This document shows, one piece after another, positions 37,887 through 48,070 of a stretch of DNA of 61,943 bases. Under the pieces are notes generated by a model. That model was not told the origin of the DNA. It saw only the letters and a program-made list of their open reading frames with translations, and ran no database searches. The position numbers and the translations under genes are program-made. The first letter of the stretch is position 1. Every line of letters begins with the position of its first letter. The stretch is from NCBI RefSeq assembly GCF_030653405.1, contig NZ_JAURZO010000049.1; one strand, given 5' to 3'. The DNA is from Zwartia sp. GTDB taxonomy: Bacteria > Pseudomonadota > Gammaproteobacteria > Burkholderiales > Burkholderiaceae_B.

Positions 37887-38684
37887 TTAGTTCTCGGGTT
37901 CAATATTCAGCAAGTTGGACTGAATTTGTTCAATCGCTTTTTTAAGACAATCGAGGGCGAGTTCGGTGCGGTCTTTATCGAGTCGTTGGATCAGTGTGCC
38001 CACACTAATTGCTGCAATCGGGACGTTATTTTTATCAAAAATCGGGACGGCGATGGTACGAACACCGGGTAATTCGATGACATCGCTCACAACGTAGCCA
38101 CGAGTTCGGGCGCGCGAGATGATTTTTCGCACTTCGGCTTCGGAATAGTTTGGGAATTTTTCTGTACAGCGGTCTTTGTTGATCTTGAGGATGCGTTCAA
38201 TTTCGTTATCGTCTAGAAAACTTAAAATTGCGAGTGCACCGCCACCGATATTGATCGGGCGACGACGTCCGACCTCCAGGACGAATACCTTGATCGGAAA
38301 TGCGCCTTCGGCGCGGTCGATGCACACGCCATCAAAACCCGCTCGGATCGTCAAAAAGACCGTATCGCCCGTGCATTGAGCGATTTGTTGTAAGTGAGAG
38401 TGGCAGAGATCGCGCATGTTGGTGCGGGGGCTGGCCGCTAGGCCCATTTCATACACCACGCTACCTAAAAAATAACGCTTGGTGGACTCATCTTGCCGGA
38501 TGAGCCCCTCAGAAACTAACCCTTGCAGAATTCTGTGCGCGGTAGGCCGTTCAATGTTGATTTCCGTGCAAAGATCGATGAGTCTGGCGCCCACGCGATT
38601 ACGCGCGGAGACGCCACGCATCAGCGCCGCGACGCGTTGTACGACCTGGGTACCGGATTTAATGGCTGGAGTAGCGACGGTCAT
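37887..38684 (-). CDS. IclR-family transcriptional regulator
   Basis: GTQVVQR start, PTAHRIL..L..EG HTH, TGDTVFL and G.RRP...GGG.AIL. Confidence 0.92.
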   Translation of the reverse strand: MTVATPAIKSGTQVVQRVAALMRGVSARNRVGARLIDLCTEINIERPTAHRILQGLVSEGLIRQDESTKRYFLGSVVYEMGLAASPRTNMRDLCHSHLQQIAQCTGDTVFLTIRAGFDGVCIDRAEGAFPIKVFVLEVGRRRPINIGGGALAILSFLDDNEIERILKINKDRCTEKFPNYSEAEVRKIISRARTRGYVVSDVIELPGVRTIAVPIFDKNNVPIAAISVGTLIQRLDKDRTELALDCLKKAIEQIQSNLLNIEPEN

Positions 38685-38700
38685 GTCAGTTCATTGATCA

Positions 38701-38715
38701 GTTCATTATATGGAC
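38701..38715. promoter_or_regulatory. Candidate IclR operator
   Basis: Dyad GTTCA-TTATA-TGGAC 16 nt upstream of the iclR start. Confidence 0.5.
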
Positions 38716-38938
38716 AATGCTGCGTACGGGCTTTTCATTTGAAAGGTCAAATCATGCCCATCAACATCATCGACTGGACGCTTATGGGCATGCCAAATGT
38801 TCCACATTATGGCGTGAGGTTGCGGCGATGTCTACTCAGGAGGCGTGTCATCGCCGCTTCGCCCAGGAAGGTCGCTAAACTGGTGAATCATTGATTTAAG
38901 AATTGGCTCCTGTTCAACCCCAAGGCGACGAAACCCCC

Positions 38939-39427
38939 ATGTTTGATACCCAAGCGTTGACCCACTTGCCCAAGCCGGAGCAGTATCGGCAACTTTCAAG
39001 CCAGGCACGAACTCTCATGGCTGGGGAGCGAGACCGTATCGCCAATGCCGCTAACCTGTCGGCGCTTGTGATGTATGCGCTTCCCGACTTGAATTGGGCG
39101 GGCTTTTATTTTTATGATGGGGTTGAGTTAGTCCTCGGTCCATTTCAGGGCAAGCCCGCCTGTTTGCGGATCACGCTGGATCGAGGCGTATGCGGTGCTG
39201 CGGCCAGGACACGGACCACACAGCTCGTACCAGACGTTCATGAATTTCCCGGTCACATTGCATGCGATGCCGCGTCGCGCTCGGAAATCGTGGTGCCTCT
39301 GATACATGCTGGGCGTCTGATAGGTGTTTGGGATGTTGATAGTCCAATTCCGTCGCGCTTTGATGTACAAGATCAAAGTGGCATGGAGGCCCTATGCCAA
39401 ATCTACCTTGCGTCGGTATTTAATTAA
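38939..39427 (+). CDS. msrC: GAF-domain free methionine-R-sulfoxide reductase (YebR-like)
   Basis: NWAGFY, LGPFQGKPAC, GVCG, FPGHIACDAASRSEIVVP and DVDS motifs. Confidence 0.88.
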   Translation: MFDTQALTHLPKPEQYRQLSSQARTLMAGERDRIANAANLSALVMYALPDLNWAGFYFYDGVELVLGPFQGKPACLRITLDRGVCGAAARTRTTQLVPDVHEFPGHIACDAASRSEIVVPLIHAGRLIGVWDVDSPIPSRFDVQDQSGMEALCQIYLASVFN

Positions 39428-39483
39428 CAAGGATTCAACCCGCGGTCTTTGCCGCGGCGATCATCGCCAACCCACATTTCCCA

Positions 39484-41139
39484 ATGAGCGCAACCAACAC
39501 CCCAACGCAGCAAACACTACCTGCCAATGCAAAGAGCGTGTCCCAACTCGATTTTGATTATGTCATCGTGGGAGCGGGTTCTGCGGGATGCGTATTGGCG
39601 AATCGACTATCGGCAGATCCGAATAATCGTGTCCTGTTGCTCGAGGCGGGCGGGCCCGATAATTGGCACTGGATTCATATTCCCGTTGGTTATTTATATT
39701 GCATCGGTAACCCACGGACCGACTGGTGTTATCGCACCAAGGCTGATCCAGGCCTGAATGGTCGTGAGCTTGGCTATCCGCGGGGTCGTGTCTTAGGGGG
39801 CTGCTCCTCGATTAACGGCATGATCTATATGCGCGGCCAAAGCGCCGACTATGACGGCTGGGCGGCTCTCGGCAATCAGGGCTGGGGATGGGACGAGGTC
39901 TTGCCGCTTTTCAAAAGCATGGAGAATCATCACGCCGGCGAAAGTGAATTTCACGGTGCGAGGGGCGAGTGGCGTGTGGAGCCCGCCCGGCTGTCCTGGG
40001 AAATTTTGGATGCGTTTCGTGATGCGGCGGCGCAGGCCGGAATCAGTCCAACCCCTGATTTCAACCGCGGTGATAACGAAGGCAGTAGCTATTTTGAGGT
40101 CAACCAACGCTCAGGTTTTCGCTGGAATGCCTCCAAGGCTTTTTTACGCCCAATCAAACACCGTCGAAATCTGACAGTGTTGACCGGTGCTCGGACAACC
40201 CGCTTGTGCTTTGAAGGCAAGCGCGTCACCGGGGTTGAGTTCGTCCGCGAGGGTCAAAAACATATCGCACGCGCGCATCGCGAGGTCGTGATGGCGGCAG
40301 GTGCGATCGGGACGCCACAGATTTTGCAAGCCTCAGGTATCGGTCCCGCGAGCGTGCTTGGCCCCTTGGGTGTGCCGCTTGTGCATGCGTTGAAGGGTGT
40401 TGGTCAAAACCTGCAGGATCACTTGCAGCTGCGCATGATTTATCGCGTCGAGGGTGCGCGTACGCTCAATACCCTCGCGAACTCCTTGCTTGGCAAGGCG
40501 CGCATTGGTTTGGAGTATTTGCTGACGCGCCGCGGTCCGATGAGCATGGCACCATCGCAACTCGGGGTTTTTGCCAAATCCGGCCCAGAGCAGACCCGAG
40601 CCAATGTCGAGTATCACGTGCAGCCTCTGTCCCTTGAACGTTTTGGCGAACCCTTGCATGATTTTCCGGCATTTACTGCATCAATTTGTAACGTGCGGCC
40701 CACCAGCCGCGGTCATGTCAATATTGTTTCTCCCGATACAGAGCAGGCGCCCGAGATTCTGTGTAACTACCTCTCGACCGCCGAGGACAGACATGTCGCG
40801 GCCGACAGCATTCGTTTGACCCGTCACATCGTCGGACAGTCGGCGCTGGCTCGCTTCAAGCCCGTGGAGATTAAACCTGGCCTGACTGAAGACACTGAGG
40901 AAGCACTTGCTCGCGCAGCCGGTGAAATTGGCACCACGATTTTTCATCCGGTGGGTACTTGCAAAATGGGCCATGACGACATGGCGGTCGTAGACGATAC
41001 TTTGCGGGTCCATGGGTTGACGGGCTTACGCATTGCGGATGCTTCGGTGATGCCGACGATCACTTCTGGAAATACCAATTCTCCGACGATGATGATCGCG
41101 GAAAAAGCCGCCCGACTTATCCTTTTACAAAATACTTAA
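39484..41139 (+). CDS. GMC oxidoreductase (choline dehydrogenase-like)
   Basis: GAGSAG, GGCSSINGMIY.RG, NLQDH, HPVGTC and GNTNSP motifs. Confidence 0.92.
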   Translation: MSATNTPTQQTLPANAKSVSQLDFDYVIVGAGSAGCVLANRLSADPNNRVLLLEAGGPDNWHWIHIPVGYLYCIGNPRTDWCYRTKADPGLNGRELGYPRGRVLGGCSSINGMIYMRGQSADYDGWAALGNQGWGWDEVLPLFKSMENHHAGESEFHGARGEWRVEPARLSWEILDAFRDAAAQAGISPTPDFNRGDNEGSSYFEVNQRSGFRWNASKAFLRPIKHRRNLTVLTGARTTRLCFEGKRVTGVEFVREGQKHIARAHREVVMAAGAIGTPQILQASGIGPASVLGPLGVPLVHALKGVGQNLQDHLQLRMIYRVEGARTLNTLANSLLGKARIGLEYLLTRRGPMSMAPSQLGVFAKSGPEQTRANVEYHVQPLSLERFGEPLHDFPAFTASICNVRPTSRGHVNIVSPDTEQAPEILCNYLSTAEDRHVAADSIRLTRHIVGQSALARFKPVEIKPGLTEDTEEALARAAGEIGTTIFHPVGTCKMGHDDMAVVDDTLRVHGLTGLRIADASVMPTITSGNTNSPTMMIAEKAARLILLQNT

Positions 41140-41155
41140 CCTTTTGGAGTGATTG

Positions 41156-42571
41156 ATGTCTGATCTTGCTTATTCGACCCTAACCCAGCTTGCGCAGGGT
41201 TTGCAACAAAAGAAATACAGCTCCGAGGAGATTACACGGGAATATTTGACGCGGATTAAAAAGGCCGATGGAAAGCTGCATGCTTTTGTCAGCGTCAATG
41301 AGGAAAGTGCACTCGCTCAAGCCCGTGCCGCCGATACGCGTCGCGCCTCGGGCTATGCACTGAGTCCTGTCGACGGTTTGCCGCTGGCGGTGAAAGACCT
41401 GTGCGACATTGAGGGCCAGATCACAACCGGTGGCTCGCAAGATTGGTTGGAGCGCCGAAGCCCCACGACGTGTACGGCGGTCGAGCGCCTGATGCGCGCC
41501 GGCATGGTGATGTTGGGCAAAGTGCACATGGTGGAGTTTGCGTTCGGTGGCTGGGGAACCAATCCAGTGATGGGTACACCCTGGAACCCCTGGGATCTCA
41601 AGACACACCGCGTACCAGGTGGCTCATCAAGTGGTTCGGGCGTCGCAGTCGCGGCTGGCCTGGCACCTGCTGCATTGGGTTCTGATACAGGCGGCTCTGT
41701 GCGCATTCCTGCAGCACTTAACGGCATTACGGGCCAAAAAACCACCCGAGGCTTAATTAGCTTGCATGGTGCGCTGGCGTTGTCCGGCACGCTTGATTCA
41801 ATCGGGCCGATGACACGGGATGTGCAGGACTCTGCCATCTTGACGTCATTGATGGCAGGAGAGGACCCACTGGATCCGACAAGCTGCAACCGTCCGATGT
41901 TTCACTGGAAAGCACCCGCAGCGGGGCCTAAGCCTTTGGCCGGTTTTCGTATCGCGATGTTTCCGCCAGAGCACTATCCGATTGCCTTAGGCAAGGATGT
42001 TATCAAGATGCTCGACGACACCCGCCGCGTGCTGGTGGATTTGGGCGCCCAGGTTGTTGAAAAGCCATTTCCATTCGACTTTAACGACATGATGCTGCGC
42101 AACGGGCAAATTATTGCCTCTGAGGCATACGCGATCCACCGCGCCTACATCGATGATGCTTCGCGTCCCTTTGGTGAGTTTGTCCGCAAGCGGGTGCAGT
42201 CTGGTCGAAATATTTCCAGTGCCGACTACATCGATGCGATCGCCGACCATCGTCGCACGATTGCAGCTTGGACGGACTGGATGAGCAACGTCGACGCGCT
42301 GTTGTCGCCGAGCGCACCGATCGGTGCTTGCCCCTTGACTGAGGTGGATGAGGCCAAAACACCGATGGCCGCCTTTACCCGCGCCGGTAACTATATGGGT
42401 TGTTCGGGGATGTCCTTGCCTGCGGGTTTTGCTGATAACGGCATGCCGCTTGGTGCGCAGTTGCTGGGCAAGCCTTTTGATGACGGTACGCTTGTGACTA
42501 TCGGGATGGCTTTCCAGGCGGCAACGCAGTGGCACCTGAAGCGCCCTGACTTGTCATCTTTGGGTATTTAA
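41156..42571 (+). CDS. Amidase signature family protein
   Basis: Catalytic KD, PGGSSSGS and GSDTGGSVRIPA. Confidence 0.92.
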   Translation: MSDLAYSTLTQLAQGLQQKKYSSEEITREYLTRIKKADGKLHAFVSVNEESALAQARAADTRRASGYALSPVDGLPLAVKDLCDIEGQITTGGSQDWLERRSPTTCTAVERLMRAGMVMLGKVHMVEFAFGGWGTNPVMGTPWNPWDLKTHRVPGGSSSGSGVAVAAGLAPAALGSDTGGSVRIPAALNGITGQKTTRGLISLHGALALSGTLDSIGPMTRDVQDSAILTSLMAGEDPLDPTSCNRPMFHWKAPAAGPKPLAGFRIAMFPPEHYPIALGKDVIKMLDDTRRVLVDLGAQVVEKPFPFDFNDMMLRNGQIIASEAYAIHRAYIDDASRPFGEFVRKRVQSGRNISSADYIDAIADHRRTIAAWTDWMSNVDALLSPSAPIGACPLTEVDEAKTPMAAFTRAGNYMGCSGMSLPAGFADNGMPLGAQLLGKPFDDGTLVTIGMAFQAATQWHLKRPDLSSLGI

Positions 42572-42736
42572 AAAGTCTTGAAAGGGTCTTCAAAATGAGT
42601 TTTGGAGACTTAAAACCAGAAATTGTCGGCAATTTGAGTTCGGTTGCACGATGAAGCGGGCGTCAGATGGGGGTTTGTGCGGAAAAGCCGTTAAAATACA
42701 AAGCTTTCCCTCATTTTCGCGTCAAAGAGTTTCATC

Positions 42737-43180
42737 GTGCCAATCTACGCTTATAAATGCACTGCCTGCGGTCATGCCCAAGATGTGCTGCAAAAGATTT
42801 CCGACAAGCCTTTAACAGTCTGTCCCGAATGCAATCAGGAGACCTACGCTAAGCAGGTCACCGCGGCGGGCTTTCAACTCAAAGGTTCTGGCTGGTATGT
42901 CACTGACTTCCGCAACAACAGCGGTGGTGGCGCCAAGACGGCCGAGGTTGCACCTGCCGTGACTGCAGCGGATAAAGCTGCTTCAGAGAAAGGCTCTGGT
43001 GACTCAGGTGGCTCTAAGGAAACGGGTTCTGATGCGGGTTCGAGCAAGCAAGCAGGAGGATCTGCTACGGGTTCGTCTGCAGGCTCATCGGAGTCCGGGT
43101 CTTCAGCGACAGTCGCAGCACCTGCCTCGAGCAATCAGCCTGCAACCGGTGGTTCTGCTTCCTCTGGTTCGGCTGCTTGA
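42737..43180 (+). CDS. FmdB-family zinc-ribbon protein
   Basis: MPIYAYKC..CG, CPEC and F.LKGSGWY.TDF; long Ser/Gly/Ala tail. Confidence 0.9.
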   Translation: MPIYAYKCTACGHAQDVLQKISDKPLTVCPECNQETYAKQVTAAGFQLKGSGWYVTDFRNNSGGGAKTAEVAPAVTAADKAASEKGSGDSGGSKETGSDAGSSKQAGGSATGSSAGSSESGSSATVAAPASSNQPATGGSASSGSAA

Positions 43181-43222
43181 TTACGCTGCTGCCAATGACG
43201 TTCAACAAAAAGTACCCATACC

Positions 43223-43861
43223 ATGCGATCCTTTAAAAAATACTTCATTACGGGTTTGCTGATCTGGGTGCCGCTGGTGACGACCCTTTGGGTATTGAGC
43301 CTGGCAGTCAGTACCCTCGAGAGCGTGGTGCCGGCATTTTTATCGCCTCAGGCTTTGTTTGGGCGCGATATTCCGGGCTTTCGGGTTGTTGTGGTTATTC
43401 TTGTCGTGCTTGTGACAGGGATCTTGGCGGCTAATTTTCTGGGCCGTGGCATCGTGCGGCTTTGGGAAAATATACTTGGACGTATCCCTCTGGTGCGTTC
43501 GATCTACAACTCGGTTAAGCAAGTCAGCGACACGTTGCTTGCGCCCAATGGCCAAGCCTTTCGTCAGGCAGTGCTCGTGCAATACCCGCGTGAGGGTTGC
43601 TGGACGATTGCATTACTGACAGGCGCTCCGAGTGGTGAGGTTGCCAAGTTGTTGCCTGGGGAACATGTGAGTGTTTATGTGCCAACAACGCCTAATCCGA
43701 CCTCTGGTTTCTTTTTGATGATGGCGCGCAGCGATGTGCAGCCTCTCGAGATGTCGGTAGATGCGGCGCTGAAATACATTGTTTCGATGGGTGTGGTGCT
43801 GCCAGCTGCAAGTCCCGCTGCGGCAAAGGCTGCTATTGCCAAGCATTCACGTCCCGAATGA
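43223..43861 (+). CDS. DUF502 membrane protein
   Basis: KYFITGLL, RIPLVRSIY and VYVPTTPNPTSGF; usual position upstream of aspS. Confidence 0.92.
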   Translation: MRSFKKYFITGLLIWVPLVTTLWVLSLAVSTLESVVPAFLSPQALFGRDIPGFRVVVVILVVLVTGILAANFLGRGIVRLWENILGRIPLVRSIYNSVKQVSDTLLAPNGQAFRQAVLVQYPREGCWTIALLTGAPSGEVAKLLPGEHVSVYVPTTPNPTSGFFLMMARSDVQPLEMSVDAALKYIVSMGVVLPAASPAAAKAAIAKHSRPE

Positions 43862-43877
43862 GTAATATCTAATTTAT

Positions 43878-43943
43878 ACGAATCAGTACTTAACGAATCA
43901 GCACTAACCGATTAATTTATTGTCAGATCTGTTTGTCAGATCT
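43878..43943. repeat. Two adjacent tandem duplications upstream of aspS
   Basis: ACGAATCAG(T/C)ACT(T/A)A x2 (43878-43907) and TTGTCAGATCT x2 (43920-43930, 43933-43943). Confidence 0.8.
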
Positions 43944-43955
43944 TTTGGAGTTTGC

Positions 43956-45752
43956 ATGCGTACCTGCTACACCGGTCAGGTTTGTCGTGACCACCTCGGT
44001 CAAACTGTCACCCTTTTTGGTTGGGTGCATCGTCGCCGCGACCATGGTGGCGTCATTTTTATTGATCTACGCGACCGCGCCGGTTTGGCACAGATCGTGT
44101 TTGATCCTGATAACGCCGAGGGCTTTGCTACGGCAGAGCGCCTGCGTAACGAGTTTTGCATCCGCATCACTGGATTAGTGCGTGAGCGCCCTACTGGCAC
44201 GACCAACACCGATCTCGCCTCAGGCGAAGTTGAGATCTTGTGCCGTGAAGTTGAAATTTTGAATCCTTCGGTGACACCTCCTTTTCAGCTTGATGATGAA
44301 AATCTCTCAGAGACGACACGTCTGACCCATCGTGTGCTGGATCTGCGTCGCGGCCAAATGCAACGCAACATGATGTTGCGTTATCGCGTGTCGATCGAGG
44401 TCCGCAAGTTTCTGGATCAGCTGGGCTTTATCGATATCGAAACCCCGATGCTGACCAAGAGCACACCCGAGGGCGCACGCGACTATCTTGTGCCGTCGCG
44501 CGTCAATGCGGGTGAGTTTTTCGCATTGCCACAGTCGCCTCAGCTTTTTAAACAGATGTTGATGGTGTCTGGTTTTGATCGTTACTACCAGATCACGAAG
44601 TGTTTCCGTGATGAAGACCTCCGTGCCGATCGTCAGCCTGAGTTCACACAGATCGATTGTGAAACATCCTTTCTAAATGAAACAGAGATTCGCGCGATTT
44701 TTGAAGAAATGATTCGTCATGTATTCAAAACCGTGCAGAACGTGGATCTCGCGGCAACCTTTCCGATCATGCCCTACAGCGAGGCAATGCGCCTCTATGG
44801 TTCGGATAAGCCAGACCTGCGCGTCAAGCTTGAGTTCACAGACCTCGCCGACGTCATGAAAGACGTTGATTTCAAAGTGTTTGCTCAAGCGGCGACGACT
44901 GAAGGCAGTCGCGTGGTTGCCCTGCGTATTCCTGGCGGTGGTGCAATCTCCCGCAGTGAGATTGATAATTACACCAAGTTTGTCGCGATCTACGGGGCTA
45001 AAGGCCTAGCTTGGATCAAGGTCAATGACATCTCAGCGGGTCGTGATGGCTTGCAGTCGCCGATCGTCAAAAATATCCATGACGCTGCCTTAGCAGAAAT
45101 GGTCAAGCGCACAGGCGCACAAAATGGCGACTTGATTTTCTTTGGCGCAGATCGCGCCAAAGTGGTCAACGATGCAATTGGTGCCTTGCGTGTCAAGATC
45201 GGCCATAGCGAGTTTGGTCGCACCAATGGTTTATTCGAAGACGCATGGAAGCCATTGTGGGTTGTCGACTTTCCGATGTTCGAATACGACGAGGAAGCCG
45301 ATCGCTACGTGGCGGCCCATCATCCGTTTACAAGCCCCAAAGAGGGCCATGAAGACTTGCTCACCACCGATCCGTCCAAGGCGATTGCAAAAGCCTATGA
45401 CATGGTGCTGAACGGTTGGGAAATCGGGGGTGGTTCCGTCCGTATCCACCGCGAAGAAGTTCAAAGCAAGGTGTTCCGTGCTCTCAAAATCGACGCCGAA
45501 GAAGCGCAACTGAAGTTCGGCTTTTTACTCGATGCGTTGCAGTACGGCGCACCACCTCATGGCGGCATCGCGTTCGGTCTGGATCGTATTGTGACAATGA
45601 TGACGGGTGCCGAGTCAATTCGTGATGTGATTGCTTTCCCCAAGACGCAGCGCGCGCAGTGTTTGCTCACGCAAGCCCCGTCGCCGGTGGACGAGAAGCA
45701 ATTACGCGAATTACATATTCGCTTGCGTCAACCAGAAGTTAAACAGCCTTAA
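43956..45752 (+). CDS. aspS: Aspartate--tRNA(Asp/Asn) ligase
   Basis: [32 protein letters not shown] and [21 protein letters not shown] before ATG 43956. Confidence 0.98.
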   Translation: MRTCYTGQVCRDHLGQTVTLFGWVHRRRDHGGVIFIDLRDRAGLAQIVFDPDNAEGFATAERLRNEFCIRITGLVRERPTGTTNTDLASGEVEILCREVEILNPSVTPPFQLDDENLSETTRLTHRVLDLRRGQMQRNMMLRYRVSIEVRKFLDQLGFIDIETPMLTKSTPEGARDYLVPSRVNAGEFFALPQSPQLFKQMLMVSGFDRYYQITKCFRDEDLRADRQPEFTQIDCETSFLNETEIRAIFEEMIRHVFKTVQNVDLAATFPIMPYSEAMRLYGSDKPDLRVKLEFTDLADVMKDVDFKVFAQAATTEGSRVVALRIPGGGAISRSEIDNYTKFVAIYGAKGLAWIKVNDISAGRDGLQSPIVKNIHDAALAEMVKRTGAQNGDLIFFGADRAKVVNDAIGALRVKIGHSEFGRTNGLFEDAWKPLWVVDFPMFEYDEEADRYVAAHHPFTSPKEGHEDLLTTDPSKAIAKAYDMVLNGWEIGGGSVRIHREEVQSKVFRALKIDAEEAQLKFGFLLDALQYGAPPHGGIAFGLDRIVTMMTGAESIRDVIAFPKTQRAQCLLTQAPSPVDEKQLRELHIRLRQPEVKQP

Positions 45753-45790
45753 GCGGGTATGCGACCCACCGGCGTGGGTCGCTTCTCAAC

Positions 45791-46666
45791 ATGTCTCTGC
45801 TTCGTGTCGTCAGCTACAACATCCACAAAGGTCGCTCCTTAGCCGGACGCGACTCAATGGGGGAGCTGCGACTTGGCTTGCATGGCTTGCGTCCTGATGT
45901 GATGTTCTTGCAGGAAGTGCAGGGACGCAATGACAAGCATCTGAGATTGCACGCGCAGCATGAGTCTCTTGCGGCTGCGCTGCACATGGAGTGCGCGTAC
46001 GGGTGTAATGCCATACGCAGCAAGACGGATCATGGCAACGCATTGCTGTCTCGCCATCGTATTCTCAGTCACGAAAACCAGGACATCTCTGATCACCGTC
46101 TCGAGCAGCGCGGTCTTTTACACGGTGTGATTGCTGTGAATGGTCGTGAGGTGCACTGCTTTGTGGTGCATCTAGGTTTATTTGCCGGGGGGCGGAGACG
46201 TCAAATTGAAGTGATGGCCGAGCGCATTAATCGGATGGTGCCTGAGGGCGCTCCGATTTTGATAGCTGGCGATTTTAATGACTGGAAGGATACGCTTGCG
46301 CCTTTTTTTGTGGAGCAGTTGGGTGTCTACGAGGTTTTTGCCAATTCGCCACGTACGCACGGTATCGCGCCGAGACTGAAAGAGTCCATGCATCATTTGC
46401 GCGGCGTGTGGCGGGGCGAAAGTCTGGATGAAATACGCGCGGGTGTCGTGGGACGGCAGCTAGAGCGAAGAAATCAACTAATCATGCCGGGTCAGCAGAG
46501 CATGGTGCCGCCACCGAGGACATTCCCTTCGGCTTTTCCAATGCTGAGGTTGGATCGTATTTATCAGCGTGGCTTTGCCGTGCGCAGTGCGCGAGTGTTG
46601 CGCGGGAAGCCGTGGTCACAGCTGTCGGATCATTCGCCTATATTGGCGGAGTTAGAGTTGCCTTGA
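45791..46666 (+). CDS. Endonuclease/exonuclease/phosphatase family protein (YbhP-like)
   Basis: SYNIHKG, LQEV, GNALLS, AGDFND, LDRIY and SDH motifs. Confidence 0.92.
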   Translation: MSLLRVVSYNIHKGRSLAGRDSMGELRLGLHGLRPDVMFLQEVQGRNDKHLRLHAQHESLAAALHMECAYGCNAIRSKTDHGNALLSRHRILSHENQDISDHRLEQRGLLHGVIAVNGREVHCFVVHLGLFAGGRRRQIEVMAERINRMVPEGAPILIAGDFNDWKDTLAPFFVEQLGVYEVFANSPRTHGIAPRLKESMHHLRGVWRGESLDEIRAGVVGRQLERRNQLIMPGQQSMVPPPRTFPSAFPMLRLDRIYQRGFAVRSARVLRGKPWSQLSDHSPILAELELP

Positions 46667-48070
46667 TTGGGCACTAAAAATATCCGAAACGAGATGTGGC
46701 TGAGTGCTGCGATCTTGTTTGCAAGACAAATTATCAGTGCGAGCCTTAGCTTAGTCACACTTGTCCTAGCCCTGTATTTTATTGGACCTGTTGAGTATGG
46801 GGTGTTTGTTAGCGCATCAAGTTTGATCAGTATTTTTTGTGCGATATGTAACTTAGGTATTGGCGCGTATCTATTGCGTAGTCCGTCCAAACCTAGTTCT
46901 TACACCTACGACCAGGCATTTACTATTTTGCTCATGACGGGCATGACCGCCATTGTTGTAGGTGTATTTTTGCTAGAGCAAATATCAGCTTGGGTTGGGG
47001 TTGTAGATTTAAAACAATTAGCCTTTGCTTTATTGTTCTCGATACCAGTCGTGATCGTTAGTCGTGTACCTCAGTGCAAAATAGAGCGTCAACTCGACTA
47101 TGCATTAGTAGCTAAGGTCGAGCTGTTGGCAATTATATTTAGATTCTTTTTGACGCTGTTTTGTTTTATCGGCGACCTTGGGGTGTGGAGTCTAGTCTAC
47201 GGTTGGTGGGGATTTCATATCTTGACCTTGTTAGGCTTTTTGTATCAGGGAAAGTACACCCCCCATCTGTGTTGGAAAATCAAACTACTCAAGCCAATGC
47301 TAGTTTTTGGCATGAAGACTTGGCTTGCACGCAGCATCTTTAATTTAAGGGATTTAGCTAATCCGTTGATTGTTGCAAAAATTTTAGGTACAGAAGCTGT
47401 CACCATAGTTTCAATTGCGACAAATTTGTGTGAGGTTGCTGCAATTGGACTCGGTGTATCCCAACGCATCAGCGGTGGCGTATTTGGAAAGTTTCAAAAG
47501 AACAAAGAAAAACTATCCACTGCAATCTCCGAGGGGACATTTCTACAAGTCTGGATCGTTGGGTTTTTTCAGTCGACCATTATATTGATTGGTCTATTGC
47601 TTTCAAAATATTTGGATTCAGTGTGGCAGAGCGCACTGTTGTTGCTGCCTTATGTAAGTATTTATTATCTTGTGCTTGCATTGATACAGTTAAATATTTC
47701 AGCACTTTATACGCACAATAAAGTGGGGTGGATTATTTTTATCAATATTGTTTATGTTTTTATATTGATGTTTTTAGCCTACCTTCTGAGTAAGCGATAC
47801 GGGATCAATGGATATGGCTTTGCCGTAGCGGCGAGTTCGTTTTTATTGTTAGTTTTTCTTTTTGCAAATGGACTGCGATCTCGCGCGGATTTATCGACTT
47901 ACTCGGTCATCACAGCAAGCTTTTTTGCTACTCTATTGTTTGTTTTAGAAAGCAGTCCATGGGCTATATTGCTCATTTCATTACTATTCATTATTAAACC
48001 CATCAGAGAAGAGTTTAAAAAAATAATGCACCGAATTAAATTCGGTTGGTTGAAAACGAATATGGAATAG
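46667..48070 (+). CDS. Wzx-type oligosaccharide flippase (MOP superfamily)
   Basis: About 12-14 TM helices; LA..IGP.EYG...A, NLGIG..L and GVWSLV.G motifs; AT-rich. Start uncertain (TTG 46667 or ATG 46694). Confidence 0.8.
   Translation: MGTKNIRNEMWLSAAILFARQIISASLSLVTLVLALYFIGPVEYGVFVSASSLISIFCAICNLGIGAYLLRSPSKPSSYTYDQAFTILLMTGMTAIVVGVFLLEQISAWVGVVDLKQLAFALLFSIPVVIVSRVPQCKIERQLDYALVAKVELLAIIFRFFLTLFCFIGDLGVWSLVYGWWGFHILTLLGFLYQGKYTPHLCWKIKLLKPMLVFGMKTWLARSIFNLRDLANPLIVAKILGTEAVTIVSIATNLCEVAAIGLGVSQRISGGVFGKFQKNKEKLSTAISEGTFLQVWIVGFFQSTIILIGLLLSKYLDSVWQSALLLLPYVSIYYLVLALIQLNISALYTHNKVGWIIFINIVYVFILMFLAYLLSKRYGINGYGFAVAASSFLLLVFLFANGLRSRADLSTYSVITASFFATLLFVLESSPWAILLISLLFIIKPIREEFKKIMHRIKFGWLKTNME

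Noticed and set aside
38523..38894. 123-aa plus-strand ORF across the iclR start
   Set aside because: Overlaps iclR antisense and its promoter; no family features.
41156..42571. gatA
   Set aside because: No gatB or gatC neighbours and no GatA-specific motifs; called a generic amidase.
43878..43943. CRISPR-like mini-array
   Set aside because: Units are 11-15 bp, present in only two copies with no spacers, and there are no cas genes.
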